From: an uncultured Dehalococcoidia bacterium
GTDB lineage: Bacteria > Chloroflexota > Dehalococcoidia > Lucifugimonadales > CATQGZ01
Assembly: GCA_964570875.1 (NCBI GenBank)
Contig: CAZMZE010000012.1
Span: forward strand, 9,948 to 73,947
Length of the DNA: 64,000 bases
Direction: 5' to 3'
In this document: piece after piece, positions 10,899-20,638 of the stretch
How the letters are laid out: each line of letters opens with the position of its first letter
How positions within the stretch are numbered: the first letter of the stretch is position 1
Position numbers and translations under genes: made by a program
The notes under the pieces: model-generated
Told to the model about the DNA's origin: nothing
The model's database searches: none
Seen by the model: the letters and a program-made list of their open reading frames with translations, nothing else

Positions 10899-12269
10899 AT
10901 GACCATAGCTCAAAGTCTTGCCTCGTTCGTTGTCAGATCATCTTTCGACGACCTGACAGCCGCCGAAAAACAACAGCTTAAAATCTGTATATTAGATAGC
11001 TTAGGTTGTGCAATAGGAGCCTTAGAAGGCGAACCTATACGTTTTATTAGGCAACATATATTTGATTTTGGAGGAGGGGGGCATTCAACCCTTATTGGCG
11101 GTGGCCTAACTTCTCCAGATCGAGCGGCTTTTTATAACTCTGCGTTGACGCGGTACTTAGATTTTAATGATTTTTATCTCGCGAAGGGAGAAAGCTGCCA
11201 TCCTAGTGACAATTTAGGACCTGTGCTTGCTGCTTTAGAATATGCGGGTGGAAATGGAAAAGATTTAATGACGGCTCTTGCTGTAGCATACCAAGTACAG
11301 GCCCGAATAAGCGATGAAGCTCCTGTCCGAGCCAAAGGGTTCGATCATACTACTCAGGGATCATATGCGGTTGCAGCGGGCGTATCCAAAGCTCTCCGAC
11401 TCGATCCAGTAAAAACCGCCAACGCAATAGCTCTAAGTGGTACTGCATTTAATGCACTCCGAGTAACAAGAACTGGAGCACTATCTCATTGGAAAGGGCT
11501 TGCTTATCCAAACACTGCTTTTAGTTGTACCCATGCGACTTTCTTAGCCATGAGAGGAATTACCGGCCCGCCAGAAGTATTTGAAGGCAACAAAGGTTTT
11601 ATGCACAGTATAGCTGGACAGTTCCATGTGGATTGGGATACTGAACATTTTGATCGTATTAATCGCATAGAAGTTAAAAAATACAATGCAGAAGGTCATT
11701 CTCAACAAACAGTGGAAGGTGTACTAGAACTCCAACAAGCACACGGATTTTTAGGATCAGATATAGATAAAATCGACATTGAGACCTTTGACGTGGCTTT
11801 CAGTATTATAGGAGGCGGAGAAGAAGGCGATAAAACAATTGTAAGAAACAAAGAAGAAGCAGACCACAGTTTGCACTACATGGTAGCGGTCGCTCTCCTT
11901 GACGGCAATATCATGCCTGAACAATATCACCATGATCGGATTGTTAGTCCAGACGTTCAGGATCTGCTAAAAAGGGTTTTGGTGAGGCCTAACAGTTCAT
12001 ACACTGATCGGTTTCCAGATGAGATGGCCACATCAATCACGGTAACTTTGAAAAGCGGGAGTATTTTTGCGATTGAAAAAACTGGCTATGAAGGATTCCA
12101 CTCAAGTCCTATGAAATGGGGAACTGTGGTCCAAAAATTTAAAACTTTAGCAAATCCGTATTGTGACCAAAATATTCAAGACAAAATAATCAGCTCAGTA
12201 GACAACATAGAAAATATTTCAATCAAAGAGCTCATATCTCCACTAACTGAGGTCACAGTTCCAGACTAG
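10899..12269 (+). CDS. MmgE/PrpD family protein (2-methylcitrate dehydratase / cis-aconitate decarboxylase superfamily)
   Basis: At 456 aa, it has N-terminal ..FVVRSSFDDLTAAEKQQLKICILDSLGCAIGA.., then CHPSDN and DHSLHYMVAVALLDG, all typical of the family. Confidence 0.85.
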   Translation: MTIAQSLASFVVRSSFDDLTAAEKQQLKICILDSLGCAIGALEGEPIRFIRQHIFDFGGGGHSTLIGGGLTSPDRAAFYNSALTRYLDFNDFYLAKGESCHPSDNLGPVLAALEYAGGNGKDLMTALAVAYQVQARISDEAPVRAKGFDHTTQGSYAVAAGVSKALRLDPVKTANAIALSGTAFNALRVTRTGALSHWKGLAYPNTAFSCTHATFLAMRGITGPPEVFEGNKGFMHSIAGQFHVDWDTEHFDRINRIEVKKYNAEGHSQQTVEGVLELQQAHGFLGSDIDKIDIETFDVAFSIIGGGEEGDKTIVRNKEEADHSLHYMVAVALLDGNIMPEQYHHDRIVSPDVQDLLKRVLVRPNSSYTDRFPDEMATSITVTLKSGSIFAIEKTGYEGFHSSPMKWGTVVQKFKTLANPYCDQNIQDKIISSVDNIENISIKELISPLTEVTVPD

Positions 12270-12398
12270 GAATATTAAACCTAGACCACCAATACAAAAA
12301 CCAAAAGCTTCAGTACGGATCAAGTCTTTCTTACAGCGTTAACCATTGGAATTTGGATTGCAGCCTGATGTGATACCCGCATCCTTGGCAATCAGCAC

Positions 12399-13217
12399 CT
12401 AGACTCTGACAGCGACTATACCAAGCCAGTTGCGACTCACATAATCCAGTTCTAGCTCATCAAAGGTTTCCCGGGCAGCTTGTTGCAAGGATTCGCTTGC
12501 TTCGGTCAACGGGACACCGGGAACAGTACCGAGAATAAAATCTTCAAAGGTGCTTATATCCAGCCATCCTTCTAGTGGAACTGGTACAGGATCGATTTTT
12601 TCTTGTTTCACTTTCATACCATGCGCCTCTACAAGCATCCTGTACTCATCTGCAGTCAAGTGCTTTCTAGATTCAACCTTATCTGATTTTTGCGGCCTGA
12701 GCCTGTAATTTTTTCTCAAAATACGAGCCGTCTTGAACATCCATTTCCGATAGAAAAGCATCGTTTCTTCGGGTTGTCCTCCTTCAAAGAAAGACGTGTT
12801 GAACACAAATTTGCCTCCAGGCTTCAACAATTTAGATACTTCGGACACGACAGAGTCTTTATCAGACAAATAGTGTATAGCGTTGAAATAGAACACTGTA
12901 TCTACTGAGTCTTTAACTGTCTCGGACATCTGTTCAACCCTGCTTTGTACAAACCTTACAGCTGCATGCCCTACATCATTCAAGTTCTCCATTGCTTGTC
13001 TTAATGCAACAGAGGATTGGTCTATCCCTATGACCGCTGAGTCACATGCCCCTCTAAGCCGTTCCGCTATAAGAGCGGTAACTCCACCAGTACCACATGC
13101 TAAATCTACAATGGTTTGACCAGACCCTATTTCTGCCAAATCAACCAAACGGCCATTCAGCGCGCTATAGAAAGCGTTGGATGAAAATTTTCCGAATGAG
13201 AATTCTTGCGACGCCAT
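12399..13217 (-). CDS. class I SAM-dependent methyltransferase
   Basis: It has motif I VDLACGTGG and the post-I/II region LLKPGGKFVF. Confidence 0.8.
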   Translation of the reverse strand: MASQEFSFGKFSSNAFYSALNGRLVDLAEIGSGQTIVDLACGTGGVTALIAERLRGACDSAVIGIDQSSVALRQAMENLNDVGHAAVRFVQSRVEQMSETVKDSVDTVFYFNAIHYLSDKDSVVSEVSKLLKPGGKFVFNTSFFEGGQPEETMLFYRKWMFKTARILRKNYRLRPQKSDKVESRKHLTADEYRMLVEAHGMKVKQEKIDPVPVPLEGWLDISTFEDFILGTVPGVPLTEASESLQQAARETFDELELDYVSRNWLGIVAVRV

Positions 13218-13363
13218 ACAGCACCTCCAACAAAGGTAGGATGATTAGGCTTCAATCAACCCCAAAAGCCCCACTACTTAATTCAACGGCATTATAACAT
13301 CTCACTAAGCCGTAGCAAATTCCATGATCGCAGAGCAATGAGTAAAATCTATGGACCATAATC

Positions 13364-13975
13364 TCAGTTGAACTCGTTCATTGCAATAACAATGCCCTTA
13401 ACCAACATAGTTTCTATTGCTTTTGACCCTGTCTCTAATGCTTTTTCAATCATCAACATTTCTTCTCGTGCCGGTTCCCCTAGAACATAATTTATTTGAT
13501 CGGTATTAGTATTGGGCCTGCCTATTCCGAGCCTCAATCTGGGAAATTCTTCGTCCATTAATGCTTTGGAAACAGACCTCACACCATTATGGCTACCTGG
13601 ACTACCCTTGCCCCTGATCCTAATATTTCCAACCGGTATGTCCATATCGTCATAAACAACCAGCAGTTTTTGGGGCGGAGTACCGAAACGAGTTAACAGA
13701 TACCTTGCAGCTTGTCCGCTGTTATTGACAAATGTCCTAGGTTTCGCGAAAACCACCCTGTTGCCAGCAAAAACGCCTTCTCCGAATTGAACCAGTCGGT
13801 GTTTTCTTTTTATTTCTATGTTGTACTCCAAAGACATTTTATCAACTAGCCAAAACCCAACATTATGCCTGGTAGAATTGTATTCTTGGCCAGGATTTCC
13901 CAGCCCCATCACTATCAAATCAGGAGATTTAGGCCTGAAAATCCGATTTATAGGGAACAATTCAAGTTTTGGCAT
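13364..13975 (-). CDS. pth: peptidyl-tRNA hydrolase
   Basis: It has LIVMGLGNPGQEYNSTRHNVGF and GSHNGVRS motifs. Confidence 0.9.
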   Translation of the reverse strand: MPKLELFPINRIFRPKSPDLIVMGLGNPGQEYNSTRHNVGFWLVDKMSLEYNIEIKRKHRLVQFGEGVFAGNRVVFAKPRTFVNNSGQAARYLLTRFGTPPQKLLVVYDDMDIPVGNIRIRGKGSPGSHNGVRSVSKALMDEEFPRLRLGIGRPNTNTDQINYVLGEPAREEMLMIEKALETGSKAIETMLVKGIVIAMNEFN

Positions 13976-14108
13976 ATTTAATGACCAGATCCTCTGAGAT
14001 ACTATAGTTCATATAGTTGATCTCACTCCAAATTCTGCATGTTACATCTTTAACAGAAAAGTCTTTTTACCTTAGATCGACATCTATCGTTTTAAAGGGA
14101 ATGAATGA

Positions 14109-15038
14109 TTAATCTTCACGACCTAGGTTCTTGCTTTTCCCACCTGTTTTTTCCACAAGGCTTACTGCCTCTATCTTTATGTTACGATCCACCGCCTTGC
14201 ACATGTCATAAACAGTAAGAGCCGCTATACTAACCGCAGTCATGGCCTCCATCTCAATACCTGTTTTAGCTGTGGTTTTAGCCTTCGCCTCTATACAGAG
14301 TTCATTCTCGTGTATTTGGAAATCCAATGTTATTTGATCTATCGGTAGCGGGTGACAAAGTGGTATCAATTGAGATGTATTTTTAGCAGCCATAACGCCT
14401 GCCACCCTCGCTACACTCAATACATCTCCTTTTTCAATATTGTTTGATTTGATCATATCAGCAGTCGATGGGTTCATTGATACGGTGCCTCTTGCTATGG
14501 CAACACGACGAGTAATTGGCTTGTCTCCGACATCCACCATAGTTGCTTTTCCAAACACATCGACATGAGTAAGCTTTTCAGAAATATCTTTATTTGGCCC
14601 ATCTCCTGCAAGCATTTTAGCCTCCTTACTTGCTATACGATCTGCTTCTTCATTAAATGGTACGCCACTATGACCCGGCACCCATTCCCAAATTACCTTA
14701 CGTATTCTCACTTCTATATCGAGCAATTCCCAAAGGTCGTTATTTTTATTACGTTTCCAATTTTTGGACATAGTGTTCACTACATATGAACTATCGGTAA
14801 ACACTGTGACGTTGGATCTCGCAGGCAATTCCCGTAGACCATTTTTGACTGCCAGAATCTCCATACGATTATTTGTTGTATTAGGCTCGGAACCGCTGAC
14901 CACTCGTTTGGAATCACCCTGTAAGATAACCGCTGCCCATCCACCTGGGCCAGGATTGCCTAGGCAGGCTCCGTCTGTGTAGATATGCGTCATGAGTAAA
15001 GAATAGTCCATTCTAGGGGTTGATACATTGTACCTCAT
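14109..15038 (-). CDS. moaC: fused RNase HI (N-terminal) - cyclic pyranopterin monophosphate synthase MoaC (C-terminal)
   Basis: RNase HI motifs: IYTDGACLGNPGPGGWAAV, NNRMEILA, FTDSSYV, PGHSGVPFNEEAD. MoaC motifs: LTHVD..ATMVDV, LIPLCHPL, TGIEMEAMTAVSIAALTVYDMCKA. There is no stop between the domains. The true start may be Met16 (14993). Confidence 0.85.
   Translation of the reverse strand: MRYNVSTPRMDYSLLMTHIYTDGACLGNPGPGGWAAVILQGDSKRVVSGSEPNTTNNRMEILAVKNGLRELPARSNVTVFTDSSYVVNTMSKNWKRNKNNDLWELLDIEVRIRKVIWEWVPGHSGVPFNEEADRIASKEAKMLAGDGPNKDISEKLTHVDVFGKATMVDVGDKPITRRVAIARGTVSMNPSTADMIKSNNIEKGDVLSVARVAGVMAAKNTSQLIPLCHPLPIDQITLDFQIHENELCIEAKAKTTAKTGIEMEAMTAVSIAALTVYDMCKAVDRNIKIEAVSLVEKTGGKSKNLGRED
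14613..14627 (-). promoter_or_regulatory. internal Shine-Dalgarno (AAGGAGG) plus in-frame ATG (Met142) at the RNase H / MoaC junction
   Basis: The minus strand reads AGT AAG GAG GCT AAA ATG. AAGGAGG occupies 14627-14621, followed by a 5-nt spacer and ATG at 14615-14613. Other genes in the window use GGAG-type SDs. Confidence 0.5.
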
Positions 15039-15321
15039 AGGCGTTCACCAGGTGAGTTAAATTGAAATCAACATTTTGCAAGTGTAGATAATGGGAAACG
15101 CTTGGTTTGAAAGATTGAATACTCGTCACTCAACAAAAATTTTGCGCTGGGAACCAAATTTAGTCATGATGCATCAGCGATACCTACAGGCTTATGACTT
15201 TTCCAATACTTCGGGAGAGAGTTAGGCCTTGATATAAATGCGATAAATCCATTATCCTCGATACTGGTAACTAGCAGCACCATCCCGCTAAAGCCAAAGA
15301 TAAATAATTAAATATCCCCAT

Positions 15322-15409
15322 GGAGGGGTGGCCGAGCGGCTTAAGGCGCCTGTCTTGAAAACAGGAATCCCGAAAGGGAACGCGGGTTCGAATCCCGCCC
15401 CCTCCGCCA
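15322..15409 (+). tRNA. tRNA-Ser (anticodon UGA), CCA encoded
   Basis: It folds as acceptor GGAGGGG/CCCCTCC, anticodon stem CCTGT/ACAGG with loop CTTGAAA, a long variable arm CCC-GAAA-GGG, T arm GCGGG-TTCGAAT-CCCGC, and a 3' GCCA. Confidence 0.9.
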
Positions 15410-15425
15410 ACAAAGGAAGCCATTT

Positions 15426-16580
15426 ATGAAACTCCACGAGTATCAGTCAAAAGATATACTATCCAGCTTTGGTGTACCCGTACCCAAGGGACGCGTTGCT
15501 TCAACCCCGCAACAGGCAGCGATTATAGCTCAGGATATAGGCGGCCAATTGGTCGTCAAGGCACAAGTCCATGCTGGCGGGAGGGGTAAAGCAGGTGGTA
15601 TCAAGTTAGTTTCATCATCACAGGAAGCTCAGGAAACTACGAAGTTTTTATTGGGTAAAAATCTTATCACCCACCAGACTGGCCAAAGCGGGGTGCCCGT
15701 GGACCATGTCCTTATAGAAGAGGCTGTATCAAATAGTAAGGAACTCTATATCGCATTCACCATTGATGGTTCCTCTGGCGGCGTTGTAGTCATAGCCAGC
15801 GCTGCTGGCGGTATGGAAATTGAGGAAATTGCTGAAACTTCACCTGAAAAATTGCTCAGAGAGCCGATTCACCCATTTCTTGGACTCCAAGGGTACCAGT
15901 CTAGAAAAATAGCACAATTTTTCAACGCTAGCCCCAAGGTCCGCAGGCCCATAGCATCACTCATTGAGAATCTTTACAAGTGCTTTATACAATTAGACTG
16001 CTCCTTGATAGAAATAAACCCTTTGGTGATTACGCAGGACAATAAAATTCTGGCCATTGACGCCAAAATCACCATTGATGATGACGCGCTTTTTAGGCAT
16101 GGCGATCTGTCCGAACTTCGAGACGATGGACAAGAGGAAGTGACAGAACTTGAAGCTAGGAATGCTGGAGTCAGTTATGTGAAGCTCGATGGCAATGTAG
16201 GGTGTATTGTAAATGGAGCAGGGCTAGCCATGGCAACTATGGATGTGGTCAGTGCTTCTGGTGCCATGCCTGCAAATTTTCTTGATGTTGGCGGAGGTGC
16301 TAATGAACAACAAGTGGCAAAGGCACTTGAAATAATATTGTCTGATGAGAATGTGGAGAAGGTGTTGGTGAATATATTTGGAGGAATATTAAGGTGCGAC
16401 ATCGCTGCTCGAGGCTTGATTGAAGGAGCTAAAGCGGTTCAGAAAAGAAGCGTGCCGCCCATGATAGTGCGCATGCTGGGCACAAATGCAGAAGAGGGAA
16501 GACAGCTATTGTCTAAATCAAGCTTAGACGTTGATCTGGTTGAGAATATGAACGAGGCCTCGTTAAAAATAGCCAATTAA
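15426..16580 (+). CDS. sucC: succinate--CoA ligase (ADP-forming) beta subunit
   Basis: It has [12 protein letters not shown].., [15 protein letters not shown] and [15 protein letters not shown]. Confidence 0.95.
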   Translation: MKLHEYQSKDILSSFGVPVPKGRVASTPQQAAIIAQDIGGQLVVKAQVHAGGRGKAGGIKLVSSSQEAQETTKFLLGKNLITHQTGQSGVPVDHVLIEEAVSNSKELYIAFTIDGSSGGVVVIASAAGGMEIEEIAETSPEKLLREPIHPFLGLQGYQSRKIAQFFNASPKVRRPIASLIENLYKCFIQLDCSLIEINPLVITQDNKILAIDAKITIDDDALFRHGDLSELRDDGQEEVTELEARNAGVSYVKLDGNVGCIVNGAGLAMATMDVVSASGAMPANFLDVGGGANEQQVAKALEIILSDENVEKVLVNIFGGILRCDIAARGLIEGAKAVQKRSVPPMIVRMLGTNAEEGRQLLSKSSLDVDLVENMNEASLKIAN

Positions 16581-16637
16581 GAAAATTTCGAAAATAAATT
16601 AACATTGTTGCAGCTTAATCGGAGGCATGGGATATAA

Positions 16638-17513
16638 ATGAGCATACTTGTTGACAAGCATACTAAACTCCTTGTTCAAGGAATAACTGGCCGTGAAGGC
16701 AGTTTTCACGCCCAAAGATGTATTGAATATGGAACCACTGTCGTTGCGGGGGTAACTCCGGGTAAAGGGGGCGAAACTTTTGATGATTCACTTCCAGTAT
16801 TTGATAGTGTTGACGAAGCCGTAATACAAACGGGAGCGAATGCATCGATGATTTTCGTTCCTCCTCCATTTGCCGCTGATGCCATTGTTGAAGCTGTCGA
16901 CGCTGGTATAAGCGTAATCGCGTGCATAACCGAAGGAATTCCTGTACTAGACACCATAAAAGTCGTGCAGTATTTAGAAAATAAAAACGTAACCTTGATT
17001 GGTCCAAATTGTCCCGGGATAATATCCCCTGGAGAAAAATTCAAAATGGGCATCATGCCGGGACACATCCACATGCCTGGGCGTGTAGGAGTAGTATCTA
17101 GGAGTGGTACATTAACTTATGAAGCAGTAGGCCAGCTCACCGAAATAGGAATTGGGCAATCTACTTGTGTCGGGATTGGAGGAGATCCCATCAGTGGTTC
17201 AACGTTCATTGACATTTTGTCAATGTTTGAAGATGACCCTGATACAGATGCTGTGGTATTGATCGGAGAAATCGGCGGAACTCGGGAACAAGAAGCGGCT
17301 GACTACATAAGGTCATATGTTACAAAACCTGTTGCGGCATTAATTGTGGGACAAAGCGCACCTCCGGGACGACGGATGGGCCATGCCGGAGCTATTATAA
17401 CTGGTAAAAGCGGGAGAGCAGACCATAAGGTCAATGCCCTTTTTGATGCGGGTGTAACAATTATCCCATCACCTGGAGAGATAGCTAGCATTGTCAAGAA
17501 GATGATTGGTTGA
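16638..17513 (+). CDS. sucD: succinate--CoA ligase alpha subunit
   Basis: It has [22 protein letters not shown] and a MGHAGAII phosphohistidine loop. SD GGAGG is present. Confidence 0.95.
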   Translation: MSILVDKHTKLLVQGITGREGSFHAQRCIEYGTTVVAGVTPGKGGETFDDSLPVFDSVDEAVIQTGANASMIFVPPPFAADAIVEAVDAGISVIACITEGIPVLDTIKVVQYLENKNVTLIGPNCPGIISPGEKFKMGIMPGHIHMPGRVGVVSRSGTLTYEAVGQLTEIGIGQSTCVGIGGDPISGSTFIDILSMFEDDPDTDAVVLIGEIGGTREQEAADYIRSYVTKPVAALIVGQSAPPGRRMGHAGAIITGKSGRADHKVNALFDAGVTIIPSPGEIASIVKKMIG

Positions 17514-17716
17514 AACTGTAACGTCAAAGAAGTTTTGAGGTATTTCGTACCTAGTGATTCCGCAGTGTCGAGCAAGAATTAATTATTGAATAAACGATGC
17601 CTTGTTGCTCGATAAATGCTCTTATTTTCTGAAATTTTGTAACGGCTTGTACCGCTAGATCAGCACATGATACGATTACCAAATCGGTACCAACAACTTC
17701 TAATTTATATTGGCAG

Positions 17717-18766
17717 ATGTTTAACATGGCAGATGACAAAACAAAAGCTTTAGATTTAGCAATTGATCAAATAGACAGGCATTTTGGAAAAGGTGCCGTA
17801 ATGAGACTCGGAGATGAAAGTCGAGATCTTCGAGTTGAATCAGTATCCACCGGTTCGATTTCACTAGATGTTGCGCTTGGCATTGGTGGGGTTCCAAGAG
17901 GAAGAGTAACAGAGATATATGGAGCCGAGGCATCTGGTAAATCAACCCTTGCTTACCACATCATGGCCGCAAATCAATCGGCTGGGGGTACATCGGCCTA
18001 TATCGACGCTGAACATGCATTGGATCCTATATACGCTGAGAAATGCGGTGTCGAAGTAGAAAATTTGTTAGTCTCGCAACCTGATACAGCTGAACAAGGT
18101 TTAGAGATTTGCGAATATCTAGTAAGAAGTGGCGCTGTAGATGTGGTTGTGGTTGATAGCGTAGCAGCGTTGGTCCCAAAGGCTGAGCTAGAGGGTGACA
18201 TGGGTGATACCCATGTGGGTTTGCAGGCTAGACTTATGTCTCAAGCCCTCAGGAAATTGACCTCAGCTATCAGTAGGTCAAACGCCGTAGTTATTTTCAT
18301 AAATCAGATTCGCGAAAAAGTAGGGGTTTTCTTTGGTAGTCCTGAAGTCACGCCTGGCGGGAGAGCACTTAAGTTCTATAGCTCGGTACGAATTGACCTC
18401 AGACGGCTGGAACAAATAAAAACTGCAAATCAGGTGGTGGGGTCAAGAGTAAGGGCCCGTGTTGTCAAAAATAAAGTCGCTCCCCCGTTCCAGATTGCAG
18501 AATTTGATGTCATGTTTAATCAAGGAATAAGTAAACAAGGGGACCTGATTGATTTGGGAATAGAGACTGGCATAGTCACAAAAAATGGTTCGTTTTTCAG
18601 CTTTGGTGATTACAAGCTAGGTCAAGGCCGTGAAAATGCCAAATCTTTCCTTAGAGAAAACGTCGACATAGCGTCAGATTTAGAAAATTTCATAAGAGAC
18701 TCATTTAGCCCAGAGCCTACAACTGGCGGATCTTCAGTTGACTCCATAAAAAAACCGGGTAATTAA
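17717..18766 (+). CDS. recA: recombinase RecA
   Basis: It has Walker [19 protein letters not shown] and [11 protein letters not shown]. The start could instead be the ATG at 17726 (MADDKTKAL). Confidence 0.97.
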   Translation: MFNMADDKTKALDLAIDQIDRHFGKGAVMRLGDESRDLRVESVSTGSISLDVALGIGGVPRGRVTEIYGAEASGKSTLAYHIMAANQSAGGTSAYIDAEHALDPIYAEKCGVEVENLLVSQPDTAEQGLEICEYLVRSGAVDVVVVDSVAALVPKAELEGDMGDTHVGLQARLMSQALRKLTSAISRSNAVVIFINQIREKVGVFFGSPEVTPGGRALKFYSSVRIDLRRLEQIKTANQVVGSRVRARVVKNKVAPPFQIAEFDVMFNQGISKQGDLIDLGIETGIVTKNGSFFSFGDYKLGQGRENAKSFLRENVDIASDLENFIRDSFSPEPTTGGSSVDSIKKPGN

Positions 18767-18839
18767 TTGTTAACTGTCTTAGCTGAATCAAGTATCGCTA
18801 AAAACGCATAGGTTATCAACTTCTATCTACCTATATTCG

Positions 18840-19334
18840 ATGAGCCAAAGCGAAGATGTCGACATTGCCAAGAAAGCTGCTCTCAGATTCGTATCATATA
18901 GACCTAGAAGCGAATCTGAAGTCCGTAGTCGTCTTCTTAAATCTTTTACCGTTCCAGTGGTAGAAGCCGTCATCTCTGAATTAGTTCGTCTATCGGTTAT
19001 TGATGATGTTCAATTCGCAAAATTGTGGTGCAGTAGTCGTGAATCACTCAATCCTAAGAGTGCGAAAACCATAAAGCAGGAACTTATTTCTAAGGGAATT
19101 TCTGAGTCCACTGCCATCTCTGCGGTGAGGGAATTAGACGATTTCGACACCGCCATGCGTGTTAGTCGAAAATATCTCAAGCGGTTAACAGGCAGCTCTT
19201 ACGACCAATTCACTCGTAGGCTATACGGCTACCTACAAAGACGCGGATTCAGTAGTTCACTTATACTGGAAATTAGTTCAATTTTATGGGCAGAGGTAGA
19301 TAGTGCAAAAACCGAATTTTCAGAATGGAATTGA
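18840..19334 (+). CDS. recX: RecA regulator RecX
   Basis: It sits immediately downstream of recA. It is 164 aa with a helical-repeat pattern (AALRFVSYRPRSESEVRSRL.. , ..YGYLQRRGFS). Confidence 0.8.
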   Translation: MSQSEDVDIAKKAALRFVSYRPRSESEVRSRLLKSFTVPVVEAVISELVRLSVIDDVQFAKLWCSSRESLNPKSAKTIKQELISKGISESTAISAVRELDDFDTAMRVSRKYLKRLTGSSYDQFTRRLYGYLQRRGFSSSLILEISSILWAEVDSAKTEFSEWN

Positions 19335-19349
19335 CTATAGGAGGAATTT

Positions 19350-20630
19350 GTGATGTTGCTATTTGAAGGTGAGGCCCTTAATTTAATTCTTATAGGGATT
19401 CTTCTTTTATTCTCTGCCTTCTTTTCTAGTGCCGAAGCCGCTTTTCTGTCACTGGATCGAAACCGTGTCACCCACTTGGTAAGTATTGGCCGGCCAGGTG
19501 CAGATAGAGTTAACCGTATGATTAGTAGCCCGGAAAGATTATTGGCAACTATTCTGTTTGGTAACAACCTTGTCAATGTGGGTTTTGCTGCGTTAGTTAC
19601 ATTAGTTGTGGTATCAGCTTTGGGAGAAGATAAGGACGGCAGAGCAGCTATTATTGCTACAGGGTTAGGTACTGGTCTCCTACTAATTCTTGGAGAGACA
19701 ATCCCAAAATCTATTGCTGTGAGACGTGCTGAAAAAGTGGCTTTCGTTTATTCCCTGCCTGTGCTGTGGATAGAGACTCTGTTTTTACCATTAGTTGTTG
19801 TGCTCCAATGGACAGCTAGATCAGTTAGCTCCCTGATTGGTAATAACGAACAATCAGTTTCGATCACTGAAGGAGAGTTACGCACTCTTATCGATATTGG
19901 TGAAGCTGAGGGTACAGTTGAAACGACTGAGGCAGAAATGTTAGAAAAAGTATTTCGTTTTGGTGACTTAGAAGTCAGAGAAGTCATGACGCCTCGCACC
20001 GAAATCGTGTCCGTAGAACGCGGCGCTCGTTTGAAAGAAGTTCTAGATATTTACGCGAAACATTCTCACACGCGCGTCCCGATCTATAAAGAAACAGTTG
20101 ATAATGTTATAGGAATAATCTCAGCCAAAGACGTTCTCAGAGCAATCTCAGTAAGAGGCATAGGACTGGAGGAACCCGTAGCTGATGTGATGAGGGATGC
20201 ATATTTTGTACCTGAGACTAAGCGTGCAGCTGAGTTGTTTGACGAATTACGACAATCAGGCAACCACCTAGGAATAGTTATTGACGAGTTTGGGGGCGTT
20301 ACTGGACTTGTTACGCTAAAGGGATTGCTAGAAGAGGTTGTAGGTCAGGTTGGGGAAGAAGGCGCAGCTCCTGTAGAGGAATTCGAGGCTATAGGACTGA
20401 ACGCCTTCCAAGTTGATGGGGGAATGAGCATTGACGAAGTAAACCAAGAACTAAAAATCATGTTGCCTGAAGGCGATTTTGATACAATCGCTGGCTTCAC
20501 TCTCGCGATCCTAGGCTATATACCGGGACCTGGTGAACAATTCGAATACTCTAATCTCAAGTTCGAGATTCTCGAAATGCAAGGCTTAAAAATCAAGACC
20601 CTCAAGGTAACCAAGCGTTCTGCTGAATAG
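19350..20630 (+). CDS. HlyC/CorC-family membrane protein (DUF21 - CBS pair - CorC_HlyC)
   Basis: It has N-terminal TM helices, then LEKVFRFGDLEVREVMTPR, and a CBS region with a C-terminal transporter-associated domain. SD AGGAGG is present. Confidence 0.9.
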   Translation: MMLLFEGEALNLILIGILLLFSAFFSSAEAAFLSLDRNRVTHLVSIGRPGADRVNRMISSPERLLATILFGNNLVNVGFAALVTLVVVSALGEDKDGRAAIIATGLGTGLLLILGETIPKSIAVRRAEKVAFVYSLPVLWIETLFLPLVVVLQWTARSVSSLIGNNEQSVSITEGELRTLIDIGEAEGTVETTEAEMLEKVFRFGDLEVREVMTPRTEIVSVERGARLKEVLDIYAKHSHTRVPIYKETVDNVIGIISAKDVLRAISVRGIGLEEPVADVMRDAYFVPETKRAAELFDELRQSGNHLGIVIDEFGGVTGLVTLKGLLEEVVGQVGEEGAAPVEEFEAIGLNAFQVDGGMSIDEVNQELKIMLPEGDFDTIAGFTLAILGYIPGPGEQFEYSNLKFEILEMQGLKIKTLKVTKRSAE

Positions 20631-20638
20631 GCTCCCGT

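Noticed and set aside
15091-15228. A 45-codon ATG ORF in the 283-nt gap between the rnhA-moaC gene and tRNA-Ser.
   Set aside because: It has no Shine-Dalgarno upstream, no recognisable motif and an unremarkable composition. There is insufficient evidence for a gene.
17514-17716. I looked for an SOS/LexA operator (GAAC-N4-GTTC type) upstream of recA, and also upstream of uvrA (46779-46921). I found only an 8-bp inverted repeat, TCGAGCAA..TTGCTCGA, with a ~27-nt loop.
   Set aside because: No Cheo-box-like palindrome is present in either leader. The inverted repeat has too long a loop and no U-tract to call either an operator or a terminator.
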